Notes: generated from the sequence alone by a model not told the origin. A stretch of 64,000 nt of DNA from Camelus dromedarius (GCF_036321535.1 NC_087437.1:101372001-101436000); one strand, 5' to 3'; positions 13,091 through 25,895 are shown, counted from the stretch's first letter. Numbers and translations are program-made.

Positions 13091-13709
13091 CACAAGGGTG
13101 AGGGCACTGGCAGAATTTCATTTCGGATGAATAATCAGAGGCCATGTTGACATGTATAGTCTCTAAATGCTTTGTCTTTTCAGGAGCTCGACAAATATTA
13201 TTTCTCTGCAGGATGTGAAAGCAATTCCAGTCTTCCAAATACTGGGCTGCCTGATGCCTAGACCAATGCCCTGAGGATGTATCTGTTAAAGTGAGGTTAC
13301 AAAGAAGGAAAAATCCTTTCCATGATGGGTTTATAGTTACTAGTTAACACTGGTGCACGGAGGCAAATGGACACTTGAGGAGCTGGAATAGTTTAGGACC
13401 CTGGCTTCTTTCTTGCTCAGTTCTTTGTTCTTTTCCTGTAATTGACCATGCTGATGGGATCAGTCTGCTGACAAATGGTTTTATTTTATATTATCTGTGT
13501 TTGGTTCACTGACTGCTATTTTAAGGCTGAGGTCAGAGTTTTATCTAAACCATCAGCTGGACTGTGATGTGAGGTGATCATTGGTAGACAGTATACATTT
13601 CGGGAAGCATTTTCACTGGAGTGTCCTCTTGGTTCCCTTTTCCACACAACTGTAGCTTTCCTGTCATCTAGTTGTGGGATAAGATCAATTCTATTTGTTT
13701 TGTGTGCCT

Positions 13710-13920
13710 CATATTTTGTTTATTGTCACATTCTTAAGTTTTCCATCATATATATTTACCCATACTCCCATGTTTGAAAGTGGGTTGGGTCTTACAATCA
13801 AAAGCACTGATTTTATTGAGTTTAATAGCAAATCTAATTTTTTTTTCCTTTCTTGATTGTCACAAGACAATGTGGCATCTGGTAACTGATAGCTTCCTAG
13901 ACCTAAAGAAATATGATAGC
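13710..13920. mobile_element. MER103C-like DNA transposon remnant
   Basis: ggtcttacaatc...gagtttaatagc...tttcttgattgtcacaagacaatgtggcatct...cctagacctaaagaaatatgata. Confidence 0.65.
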
Positions 13921-14048
13921 TCATATGAGGCAGAGTTTATTAGCCATTAGTATGTTTCTTTTGCCAGTTTTATTAACATCTTGATTTTTGCAAAGTTCTC
14001 CCAAATTTTGTGATTTCTTCAATTCTAGTAGTTAGCTTCTGGTACTGT

Positions 14049-14052
<4 letters not shown>

Positions 14053-14079
<27 letters not shown>
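14053..14079. repeat. (TG)n microsatellite
   Basis: Directly visible. Confidence 0.95.
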
Positions 14080-15310
14080 TTAACAAGCATGTTAATGGAC
14101 ATTTGAAGGTAGAAATCTTGGGTAGTTTAATTGTTCCTCCAACTTTATCCAGTTAACATAAACTAAGCTTTAGTCCATGTCCCTTAATGGTGTATCTTGG
14201 AAAAAACACCAGAATCTCCTCATGAGCTTCCCTGCCTCGGAGGAGCCAGAGAAAGAGCCCAGAACTGTGTTTAGGTAGCATGTTTTTTGAGACAGAGACA
14301 TGTTAAAATGCTGTTCTTACTCTTCTTGGCACCTCTAATTACTTCTCACACACCAATAGTAAATTTGTTGTTCTAAACTTTTAAAGAGTGTCTAAAAGTT
14401 GGCATACATGATATAAAACTATTGATATAAATATATTTTGTCAAAATTTTACTCTCTTTAGAAATGTTTCTAAAATTTATCAGTTAAATAACAAATTCTA
14501 ACAAAAGATTTATTATTGATGTGTGAATAAAACATTTTTCTAAAAATCACAAATCTCTAAGAACCAAAATAGTTATTTCTAAAATCCAAAAGAAGATTCC
14601 AGAATTTTTTCAATGAAGGCCTGCTCTCAGGGTGTTTATAAATGCATGTTTACACATGTATGGTTGAGGAATTTGTTGTTGTTACCATCGATTAATTCTA
14701 TAACACTTGATTTTTGTTGTGCATAAACTATTAATGTCAAAAATAAAAGTAAACTAAATTTACATTCAATTATAAAATGGCTAATCAAAAGATACACTTT
14801 GTACTGCTATATTTGATCTGAAGGTAAACTAATTAAGTATAAAAGAAGAGTGAATAGAAACAGAGACTTCATGGAAACCATCTTACTTTTGTTTCCTAAA
14901 GATGAAATTTTGGAGCTTAGTATATATACTGAGTACAATTATGAGAAAATCATAGAGATTGGGAAACAGAAATAATGAATGAAATAAATTATTCTTTCAA
15001 ATTTAAGAACTGAAGCATTAGACTCCTTTTAATTTACTAAAAATTAAAAATAAATGGGTTTTGTTGTTTTGTATAAAATATCTCTGACATACTATGGTTC
15101 ATGTATGAATAAATAAACAAAAGTATATCTATGCAATTTTAAGTAAATTGGCATTAATTCATACCATCAATGACTAACTTATGGCCTTGGAAAATGGTAT
15201 ATTATCTAAGTCCTTACCATTGGTAACTAATGAAAAATCTAGGAAGAGATATATACATCAAAATATGTAAAATATATCTGAATTTGTTATATATCTAAAC
15301 ATATATATTC

Positions 15311-15523
15311 TAACAAGTTTATTAAGATGTAATTGACATACCACATAATTCACCCATTTAAAGTATGCAATTCAGTTGTTTTTGTATGTTTACAGTGTTG
15401 TGAAACCACCACAATCAATTTTAGGATATTCTCATCATCCTCAAAGATACCGCATGTCTTTTAGCAGTCACCTCCCTACCCCATTGCCAACCCTAGACAA
15501 TCACTAATCTCTCTTCTGTCTTT
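15311..15523 (-). mobile_element. L1MA/L1MB-type 3' end
   Basis: tttattaagatgtaattgacataccacataattcacccatttaaagtatgcaattcagt...ccctagacaatcactaatctctcttctgtct. Confidence 0.85.
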
Positions 15524-15996
15524 AAATTTTTAATTAGAATATATTTTAAGATTTTTCCCCCAGTGTGAATATTGTCTTTAAAGGGAAAAATGGCTTTAAA
15601 AGAACTGGAATAATTTAAATTATGTCTAAAACATAGTTTAACCATGAAGGGGGCAGAAGGAAAGCCCTGCATGCAGGCAATTAGCATCTCAGTATGTTGT
15701 CCATTATACTAATATGTACACCATTCAGAAACCTAAATAAAGGAGAAAATTGCTTTCTGTAAATTGGACACTGTAAGGACACACAGAGCGTGTAATTAAT
15801 ACAAAGATGGAAGGATGTATTCATCAGGCATTTTGGTACTGTAATAATAAGGATTTTTCTTGCTCATAGAGATATTAATGGAAAACTAAGTTTAATGTAA
15901 CTTTCTGAAAAGAAATGAAATAACGGCATTTAAAATTAAAGAAAATGTACAGTTTTGAAATTGTTACATTTAAAAAATATATAGCAACTGAGTTTT

Positions 15997-16093
15997 ATTT
16001 ATTTATTTTTATTTGATTTCATGTGTTCTTTTTTATTGAAGTATAGTTGATTTTCAATGTGTTAGTTTCTGGTGTACAGCATAGTGGTTCAAT

Positions 16094-16135
<42 letters not shown>

Positions 16136-16512
16136 TACACACACACATATATATATTCCTTTTCATATTCTTTTTCATTATAAGCTATTACACGGTACTG
16201 AATATAGTTCCCTGTGCTATACAGTAGGATCTTGTTTTTTATCTATTTTATATAAAGTAGTTAGCATCTGGAAAATCCTGAACTCCCAATTTATCCCTCC
16301 CCATCCCCTTCCCCTAGTTTGTTTTCTATGTCTGTAAGTCTGTTCCTGTTTTTTAAAAAGTTTATTTGTGTCATTTTTTTAGATTCTACATATAAGTGAT
16401 ATCATATGGTATTTTTCTTTCTCTTTCTGGCTTATACACTTAGTATGACAATTTCCAGTTCCATCAATGTTGCTGAAAATGGCATTATTTCATTCTTTTT
16501 CATGGCTAGATG
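15997..16512 (-). mobile_element. Artiodactyl/camelid L1 3' end with internal (TA)n(CA)n expansion
   Basis: tattgaagtatagttgattttcaatgtgttagtttctggtgtacagc...ggcattatttcattctttttcatggct; flanked by aaaaatat(at)agcaactg on both sides. Confidence 0.92.
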
Positions 16513-16534
16513 AAAAATATAGCAACTGTATTTT

Positions 16535-16688
16535 TATTTTATTTTTTTATTAAATTTTTTAAAATTTATTTTTGTTTATTTGAGGGGGGTTATTTATTTA
16601 TTTATGTTTAGAGGAAGTACTGGGAATTAAACCCAGGACCCTGTGCATGCTAAGCATGTGCTGTACCACTGGAGCTATACCCTCCCCC
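16535..16688 (-). mobile_element. Vic-1-type tRNA-Ala-derived SINE, near full length
   Basis: Minus strand GGGGGAGGGTATAGCTCCAGTGGTACAGCACATGCTTAGCATGCACAGGGTCCTGGGTTTAATTCCCAGTACTTCCTCTAAAC plus A-rich tail; TSD agcaactg(t/a)atttt at 16521-16534 and 16691-16704. Confidence 0.93.
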
Positions 16689-17359
16689 AAAGCAACTGAA
16701 TTTTAAATGATGATCAAATTATTACCAGACTCAGGGAAATACAATAATAATATAGTCTTATTCATGGATGTAAGCCATTCTTCGTAAATGTTTATGTTTC
16801 ATTCCTAAAAGTTATTTTGTAGCCATGTTAACTTGGCAGAGAAATTTGTCTTTATCTAACTTCTAAGCTCAATGAGGGTCAACATATTTGCTCTGCTAAG
16901 AAAATAGAAAAAAATCCATATTACTATGTCCACCTATCTGTGGATGGTCATGTGAATGCACTTTCACTCCTCTCCCAGGCATCCAAACTAAAACCTAGAA
17001 TTGTTTGCTGCAGGCATTACTACTCTTTGCCTCTCCTTGGCAAACAAAAGATACAATTTTGCTCACATTTCTTGGCCAAAGCAAATTACCCGGCCAGGTC
17101 TCACTTTAAAGCAAGTGCTGTTTGTCCTTGCCAAACCATGTCTTAAAGAGTATTCACTTTTCCATGTTCCCTGTTCTTGACTCATGGCATTTCCAGGAAA
17201 CCTTAGAAGAAATCTGTCAATCGTCCGTGCCCTTCTTCCCCCTGCTAAATACACTGGAGTTTAATGGATGTTGCATTGAATCAAGAAACTTATTTGAGGA
17301 GAAATGACAATGGTACAAAGTTTAGAGTTCCAGTCCAAGTACAGGGCACATGCTTCCAT

Positions 17360-17570
17360 TTTTCTAGGTGTTTGACAATGATTTATACATTTCTGTGTAA
17401 AAAATGTGTCTTCTTACATATTTTTTAGTTGGCTCGTTCCTAAGTATTTCTGCTGTTATTGAACTGTTGCATTTTCTAAATTTCCATTGCTAATATATAG
17501 AGATAAAATTGTTTCTTGTTGATTGAAGTTGTAGTGAACAATCTGGCTAAATTCACTGATTAATTCAGAC
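17360..17570 (-). mobile_element. Old L1ME-type fragment
   Basis: tcttcttacatattttttagtt...ttcctaagtatttc...ttgctaatatatagagataaaattg...gctaaattcactgattaattc. Confidence 0.6.
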
Positions 17571-18020
17571 AGTATGACTGCACGGTACAGATTTGCTTTA
17601 TATATAATTGCTAGGTTTTCAAATACTCTTTTAAAATCTTTTTACCTAATTTTTTCTCAATTTTTTTTGGCCTGAAAAGAGTGAGAAATGGTATTTCTCC
17701 TATGAATTAGGGCTCCATATTAAACAAGGGCTGGCACAAGCAAAGAGAAGAGCTTTGAACTGAAATGTAGAGCTCAGCTGTAGCTCAGGCCAGCTTTGTG
17801 ATACTGTCATTTTAACTTCTACTTCTCACTTTCTTCATCCATAAAATAATGTTAGTTAAAGAGATTTCTCAATTAGAACATTCTATTATTTTGATCTATG
17901 TCTTGTTCTCATAAGATTTTAAATTTTACTTCTATAAAATATGTTAATGTTACCTTAAGAGTAAAATAAACTTTAAATCTAACTTTGAAGGAGCTGTACT
18001 TCCTGAAGTAATTAAGAATT

Positions 18021-18051
<31 letters not shown>

Positions 18052-18119
18052 GAGCATGTGAACTTAAATTATCCTGAAAAATTTATTTTTGGGCTTGTCA
18101 AACCTTCCCACACAGGTCA

Positions 18120-18185
18120 TGAAAAATATTTTCACATTGAAAATATTTTCACATTGAAAAATATTTTCACATTGAAAATATTTCA
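18120..18185. repeat. Tandem repeat of a 17/18-bp palindromic unit (about 3.7 copies)
   Basis: tgaaaaatattttcacat / tgaaaatattttcacat / tgaaaaatattttcacat / tgaaaatatttca. Confidence 0.95.
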
Positions 18186-19935
18186 GTGGATAATGTTTTT
18201 TTCTATCTTTGATAACATTAATCTCTCTTATGAACTTTTTTTATACACACACACACACACACATATATATAAATATTTTGAATCCTTGGAGTAGGCTTTA
18301 GAGTCAAGTGATGTTTCCTTGAAATATTGAAACCTACATGGACCGCACTTACTGAAAATAAGACTGACATCACCACCCTATTCCACACACCATATGTCAT
18401 CCAATAGCCTCCACTCTCTGCCAAAATGTAATTCAAATCAGTGACCTAGAAATAAAAGACTACATATCCCATTACCAATCAGTCCCCTGAGCCATTCAGT
18501 CTCTACTCAGTAATATTTTCATAAATCATTTCCGTTTATATTGATGAGCTGTTAATGCAAATTGTAAGTAAAAGGACAGTTGACTTTTATTAGCAAAGAC
18601 ATGAATATATAATATGTGACACCAAAAATTCCATGCTCTATGCTCAATATGATACAATATAATTCATCCACCAGAGGAAAAGATGAAACACTAGTAATTT
18701 TACAGAATTTCATGATTTCATATTTTAACATCACATTTAACATCCTGTATGGTTTCTAAACAATTGGCTATAGCAGATAAAATTTATAGGATTGGGGTTC
18801 CATTCTATGCAATGTTTTTTTTTTTTAACTTTATGTTAATTAAGAGGTAGTTCTAATGATGAAGGAAGTTTAACAACTCCTAGTCATTCTTTTAAAAGCT
18901 GGTTGTTGAACCTTGTTTGTTTCTAAGTTCACAACTCTAACTGTGAATCTACACACATGGGATGATTCTATCTGCCCCTGCCCTTTACTCCTTTCCTTGT
19001 ACTGATGGGATCATTCACATTATTGTGACGCCACTAATGTTTAGTGTCACAACTAATGTTTTAGAATTTTTGAGGTTATAAATTACTATCACTAATTGTC
19101 TCATTAAGTTTCCTCCAAACCCTGTAATTCAAATATACAGTGATTAAATCATTCAGTCCACATTATTTTAGCTACTTTAGGCATTGTAAAAAGTGCTGGG
19201 AATATGACAATAAAGACAAAAAAGCCCAGTGCTTAATGAGTAAATTAGCAAGAGTTATTTCTTTTTGAAAGTAATATTATTATTCTTATCTCCTTAATTC
19301 TATCAAGAATAAAAAATGAATCTCCTTTAATTGTAGAGAAAAGGAAATAGAAATTTCAGAAACCTGCTCTACTGGAATCAAACTGATGATTGTGGGGAGG
19401 TGAAACACTGAAGTAGAATTTCTCAAATCCAGTCCCTTATAATTTAGTCTGGTACAATATTAGCAGAGGTTTTGATCAAAATATTTCCTAGATGAAAAAA
19501 GTTTTATAAATGTTCTATGTTACATTTTCTTACAAAATTTCACAATAAGCATTAAACTTCTCAGAAATACTGCAACAAATAATTTGACTTCATTATTGCT
19601 AAACTTTCTAAAACATGAAATCATTTTCTTTATGGAAACTGATAGTAATACAATGTGGGTACTGTTCTTCTATAGAATAATGGAAGCTTTGAGCTGGACA
19701 TAATGGAAATGGCTTCTGGAACTCTTCTCAGTATTGACTTTCAGAGATACCACTTCAGAGCCTCAGTAATACAGCTTATCTACCACACAAACTGTATTAT
19801 TCCACTGCACTCGTTGAAATTCAACTTATCAGGCAACAGCCCAGTAAGCCCAGACTTGGTAACTGAAAATTTGCACGTTAACAAGAGCCTCGTGTGATAC
19901 AAAAGCATATTAAAGTTTGAAGCACTAAGGTAGAT

Positions 19936-20125
19936 CAGTAGTTCTCAAAGTATGGCCCCTAGACTAGTAGCACCAACATTACCTGAAAACTCATTAGAAA
20001 TGCAGATTCTTAGGCCCTAGCCCAGACCTAGTGAGTCCAGAGCTAGACAAGGTGAACTTAGTGCCCTGTGATTTAAAAAGTGTTTCTAGAAAAAAATGAT
20101 GCAAACTAAAGTTTGAGAATTACTG
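19936..20125 (+). mobile_element. MER5A (hAT-Charlie MITE)
   Basis: TIRs cagtagttctcaaagt ... agtttgagaattactg; internal ttagaaatgcagattcttaggccc. Confidence 0.9.
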
Positions 20126-20129
20126 TTCA

Positions 20130-20306
20130 ATAATTGGTTTACATCAAGTCATCTGGATTTTTTTTTTTTAATATTGTTGTCTAGGTCTTGTGTTCAAACC
20201 AAGTAAATAAGAATGTGGGTAAGAGGATGGAGAAGGTGTTGGTCGTAAATACGCTTCATAACCTTTCAAAGTGATAGCCATTTGCTGCCAAAATTGAGAA
20301 TCACTG
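20130..20306 (+). mobile_element. Degenerate MER5-family element
   Basis: Ends aaattgagaatcactg (MER5 right TIR); weak internal similarity. Confidence 0.5.
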
Positions 20307-20670
20307 ATATTCATAACTCCATCAGCTGTGAAGATGGAAATACCGCCTAAAGATAGGACTCATCTAAGGATCAGGACAATGAGGTCATAGCAGACGTACC
20401 TTATGTTAGCAGAGTAACTCACAATGTCCCCAGTGAAGAATCAGAATTAGCTGTACTCTTTTGCCAAAGCAAAGGGGTCTCTTGGAATTAAGTCCCACTA
20501 GTGTATTGGAAGGACTGAAGGGGGAACTTTCGCAAGAAGATGCTCAGAGAACCTTTTAAACATGAAGCCCATTCTTCTCAGTCACCCCCACGCCAACTCC
20601 CCGACTCCCTTTGGTTTTCTGCAGCCTCGCAGCTAGCACTGGTGTACTTTTACCATTACAAAACCTAAAT

Positions 20671-20906
20671 ATCTTGCTTATATTCTGCATATGCTTGTCA
20701 GTATCTACAAATTTTGAAGTCCCAAGATTATACTGTGTAGCACAGGGAAATATATACAAGATCTTGTGGTAGCTCACAGTGAAAAAAAAATGTGACAATG
20801 AATATACGTATGTTCATGTATAACTGAAAAATTGTGCTCTACACTGGAATTTGACACAATACTGTATAACTCAATAAAAAACGTTAAAAAAGAATAATAA
20901 ATTAAA
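20671..20906 (+). mobile_element. Young camelid-type L1 3' end with 5' inversion
   Basis: Sense 3'UTR 20723-20906 (caagattatactgtgtagcacagggaaatatatacaagatc...aataaaaa) preceded by inverted L1 segment 20671-20723; TSD aaaacctaaatatc / aaaaactaagtatc. Confidence 0.88.
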
Positions 20907-22299
20907 AAAAACTAAGTATCAAGAGCTGTCTCTTAAGTTATTTAAAACATACTTTCCATGGTCTCCTCTGTCTCCAAGTCCTCTGTGAAAACACAGGTGA
21001 TACTGCTCTGTGTATTATTCAAAGTCAAGCTTATTTTAGTTTCAAAAAAGAAAAACATACTTAAAATGGGAGGAAATAGCCTCATAAAATTTTCTGGAAA
21101 ATAGGAAAATGACCAGTTTTGTTTGTATAGAAGGGCAGCTAACACTGGAAGTATATGATGTGGCAACACAAAACTCTTAGAAAGACATTTGAGAAACTTT
21201 GTTTTGCAATATGGATTTCTGGCACCATAACACTGTAATTTGACTGGTCACACCTCTTTTCAGAAGCCTAACCATGCTGGTTCCTCTCCTGTCTTTCTGC
21301 CCCTTTATCTTCTCTTTACCCTGACTGTCTCAAGATATCTAACTTTGTCTGTATATTTGTGTTAAGCATAAAAAAACCTCTTCCAGAAAGTGAGTATCCA
21401 AACTGACCAACGTGGTCAGAACATAAAAGTGACTTCACTCTAGCCTGAACCACACTGCTTAAAAAGTCACTGTATTTATGTAAGGTAACCAGATGTACAG
21501 AGTTGTATGGGACAGTTCCAATATACATTTGTGCAGTCATTCTGTCCAGGTGGATGTTTTCTGTTTTTTTTAAATTTTCTAACAAATTATTGTTAATAAA
21601 TGTATTAAAACCTGCTAGTTTGGGTTAGTAGGACTTTGTTTAGTACTTGCAGCTTCTGCCTCATTATCATCTAGTCATGTGTGAGACACATGTGAGGTGA
21701 ATGGGCTTCTCAGAGATAATCACTCTTTTGACAACTCTTTCAATAGACTAGGTAACTGGACATCCTTTTCAAGGAGAGCATGCAGGTGCCTCCAGATTGA
21801 AAGAATTGCACTGAGAATGAAACTGTCAGCAACTGCCAGCCATTGACTGTTTTCAGTGATGACAGGAAGAATATTCAGCGCTGCTCTCTCTGCCAGCCGT
21901 GTGCTGTACCAGCCATGGTATCACAGTCCATGCTGTGACTAGTAGAATACAGAGAAGCAGAGAGTCATCAGGCCATCAGCCTGTGGGTCAGTGGAAAATT
22001 ATAGATGGGGTGTATTTTAAAAAGACATCCAGAGAACAGAGGCCGGGCAGACCTGCTGTAGAGTGTGAGAGTGTCTGAATGTGTTTGCTACAGTAGAATT
22101 GTCACTGTTTGGTATAAATTTATATTTAATATATTTCACTGTTCAGTAGCAGTTTTTTATATTAAGTATTGTCTCTTGACTTTCAGTACATAAGATCAGC
22201 ATATAGACAAAATATAGAAGAAAATTTCAATTACAGAAATGAAAGTAAACATTTCAAAGTTTGACATTTTCAAGTGCACACTGTCAAGTGATGGTATTC

Positions 22300-22695
22300 C
22301 GGACAGAAGCTGGTTGCTTCTGGTTTTGTGGTGGCTTTGAATAAGGCTGCTATAAATATTTCTGTGCAGACTTTTGTGTATGTGTGGGTATCAGCCTTCA
22401 GATAAGTTGAGCAAATAATTGAGAGCGTGATTGCTGGATGGTGTGCTAAGACTATGCTTAGCTTTGTTACAAACTGCCGGATTGTCTTCCGAAGTGTACC
22501 GTTATTACAAAGGAGTCTACTATATTATAAAAATATGAAATAATATCATTGAGGAAACCTGAGAGGAAAGGTACTGGCTTAGGCAATTTTGGAAAGGAGT
22601 GAAGTCTGTAAAACTAAAGGCAGGAGGAACTGTGTATATACACTGAACTCTGTAACTAATCTTTACCCCGTGGGTAGAGATTAACAATTATGAAC
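22300..22695. mobile_element. L1MC-type 3' fragments (antisense then sense)
   Basis: Antisense tgaataaggctgctataaatatttctgtgcagacttttg...attgctggatggtgtgctaag, then sense gagtgaagtctgtaaaactaaaggcaggaggaactgtg. Confidence 0.7.
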
Positions 22696-24567
22696 GTATA
22701 GACTTATTAACTCAATGTAACCAAGACAAAATAAATTTGGATTTAGTATGGTATGCACATAATTCATCTTTGCATCCAAAGAAGCTGTGATATTCTATCA
22801 ATTAAAATAGAGAACATAATTGACAAGTTTAAAAGATTATGTGTGCGTGTGTCCTTTAATAAACATATGAAATCACCTTTCTTATAATTACACTGACAGT
22901 AAATACAAAAGTAAATCTTTCATTGCGGCACTCCCGATTGGGATGATATAAGATAAATCATTTTAAATAGCAGAATGGTGCTATGAATGTTGGTTTTATT
23001 ATGTCTTACATTCCTTTTTTAGTATCGATCATCAGGCTTGGAGCTTGTTTGTATTCAACTCTTTCTCCCAGTGGGTTAAAATCCAAATAGTTAAACATTT
23101 AACCTAGACCTTCCTGGTGATTTGTCTAGTCTTAACTCCAGCCATTTCAAGTAAAATAATTTAACAGCCATCCACAGAGGTGAGCTCTGACTGACTGACT
23201 ACACCACTCCCTTAAATTACTCTTGAGAAACAGCTTCCATCACATCCTTCATACTTAGCCCAATTTTCACGTCAAGTCCCTCTCACAGAGCCTACCACCA
23301 AACTAGGGAAATAGTCTACTTAAGAATATTAAACATCACATGACATGGGAAGATGAGTAAAGATGTCAGGTAAGAAACAGTATATGGTAACACAGTGATG
23401 TGCAAATAGCAGGTGATCAGTAAATGCATAGCATGAAGGAAAGGCTGAATTGGAAGCACTAACTGGAAATTGAAGAAGTGTTAGCCTAAATAGTAGAGAT
23501 GCCAGTGTGCTTCAAGACATATAATAGCATTCAATAGCAAATGTGTTCCATGTAGACACATTTTGATTTTGATCTACATAAAACCACTCTACAGCACATT
23601 ATGTGGCTTTCGAATATAATGTTTATTATCTTTTCTTATGGTTATTTACTGGATTTACTTTCTTGTCACTTTCCTGGTTAACCAAAGCACAAAATACAGC
23701 ATTTCTAGTGACCCTTAGATGTTCACTTCTTTTTTTATACTGCATTTTTAACCAGGCTCTTAATGTCCACTATAAACCTACTCATATTTCAAGTATCTTT
23801 AATGGAGTTATCCTGAGTAGAGTAGTTTCCCTCTTGAGGATTATAACACTATTTGATTTAATTAAACTGATCAAATTAAAGAAAATGGTGGTATAACCCC
23901 CAGTGTAATGTGTATTCCAGTTATGGAAACTGCCGTCAGAATGTGGTCCTGCTTGTACACTACATTTGAAATATTTTCAGATCTCACTCTGTAATAGAGC
24001 ATTCAGTTCTGCCAAATAAAATAAATACTGACAGTTAATTTTTAGTTAAGTTTTGAGTTACAATGTTAAATGAATTAATTTATAATTATTGTTTATTGCT
24101 CTGAGTTATGATTCTTTTTACAGATGAATAATTAAATGCACAGATGCATTTAAAAAGTTGAGAAAGTTTTCAAAATGTTAAAGATGATGGATTTCTATGA
24201 ATACCAAATACACTGTGAAGGTATATCTCTGCTTGGGAGCTAAGAAGTCATTAAATGGGATAGGAGGGAATACGTAGATTTTGCCGTATAATATATTTTA
24301 TGATAATAAAATAATTGATATGCTTCAAAAATACTAAACACGTCAAGACTGCAAAGCTCTTCTTTTATTCTCTCTCTGATGTTTAGAAATCTAAATTAGT
24401 GCGGGTGTTGTCATCCTGCTTAATATTTATTTTCAGTTTTACTTTGAATAGCCTTGGATATTTGAGAACACTCACATGACCTATCCAGCTGTAAAATAAC
24501 TCTATCCTCTGTGGTATGTACCTAAAGAAGCTGCAGTATTAATTTGTCCATAAATGTCAATCATTTA

Positions 24568-24705
24568 TTTTATTCTATTTTTTTTTTTTACTTTTTTATT
24601 GAAGTATAGTCAGTTTACAATGTTGTGTCAATTTCTGGTGTATATCACAATGCTTCAGTCATAGATGAATATACATACATTCTTTTTCATATTTTTTTTC
24701 ACCAT
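24568..24705 (-). mobile_element. Very short camelid-type L1 3' end
   Basis: Poly-T then tattgaagtatagtcagtttacaatgttgtgtcaatttctggtg; possible TSD aatcattta / aaccattta. Confidence 0.85.
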
Positions 24706-25895
24706 AACCATTTATATCATACTGGGTCTCCATATTATGCAGTCTTCTACTTATATTATAAACACCTTGAGTATATATATATATATAAAATAAGTGGTAT
24801 AAATATAATTTCTGATATTCTTGTAATTTGCAGAAAATTTGTCCTAGACTTCAGATACAAAGACTGGGTTGTGTCTTGTTTTTTTCAGTTTTTAGCTTAG
24901 CTTCAACAACTAACTGATTTTATGGCTTAGAAAAAGTCATTACATTTTCCATCCCCAATGGTCTTCATATATTGGATGACAGGGGAAAGGGCAGGGAGGA
25001 TGCACATTCCGCAAAGAGGAGGACGATGATCACCAAGCATCCTAAAAAATGTCAGGGGGAAACAAAAAGAACTGATATTGGACTAAATATCTACATTTTG
25101 ACATAGCAATAGAATGAATATCTATACTGATGAAGCTATTGTAAAGTCTTTAGACTATTTCTAAAACATATACATTTATTTTCTACTGTTTTATGACTGG
25201 GACATAGCCAAAGTAGGAATGTATACTCTTCATTTTAGAGAGGAGACTACATGTCAGTTTAGGAAATGTGGCTATATGTTAAGGGCCAAGCTAGGGATGG
25301 AAATCACATTTCCACAGCACCAAGTTTGCTTGCACTGCACCTTCTCATCTGATTAATTAATTGCAATTAAGGATCTGACTTGTGTATCTGTAAAAGTAGA
25401 GGGCCATCTTACTGTGTTTGCGTGGCTGAAGTATTAACCCTGCCTATTATGCAGGTGAACTGTGAGTCTTTTTAGACCCTGGGGTGATAAATGCTTAAGG
25501 TACCTTACCTATAGTAGATGTAAGAAAAGCTGCTGAGGTGGCCAGTCCCCGTCACTCCAGCACCGTCCAAATTGGAGCAATGTTTGAAGTGATGGGCCCC
25601 GTGTTAGGCCAGATATAAAAGAAATTGGTATCAAGGAGTAGTAAACAGATCAAAAGTTAAGGAAGAGAGAGAAATCCCAGTGAGATTAGAAAGCAGCTAT
25701 AGTGAAACGAGCAGAAAGAAAACTAGAAGGATACATGATTGCTGGCAAATAATGGGATATTGATCTCTAAGGTTCAGAAATGATCACTCTTGGATTCTGA
25801 GCACACCCATTCTACAGAGCATAGCAATCACTCTGCCTGATGCTATGAGGAAAATTACAGTTGGGGTTTTACTTCTTTTTCGGTTTTGTTTTGAC

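Noticed and set aside
16612..16688. tRNA-Ala(AGC)-like sequence on the minus strand
   Set aside because: It is the head of a Vic-1 SINE, with a mutated B-box, SINE body, A-rich tail and TSD; not a tRNA gene
18120..18185. Palindromic direct repeats superficially like a CRISPR array
   Set aside because: No unique spacers, units only 17-18 bp, no cas genes, mammalian context
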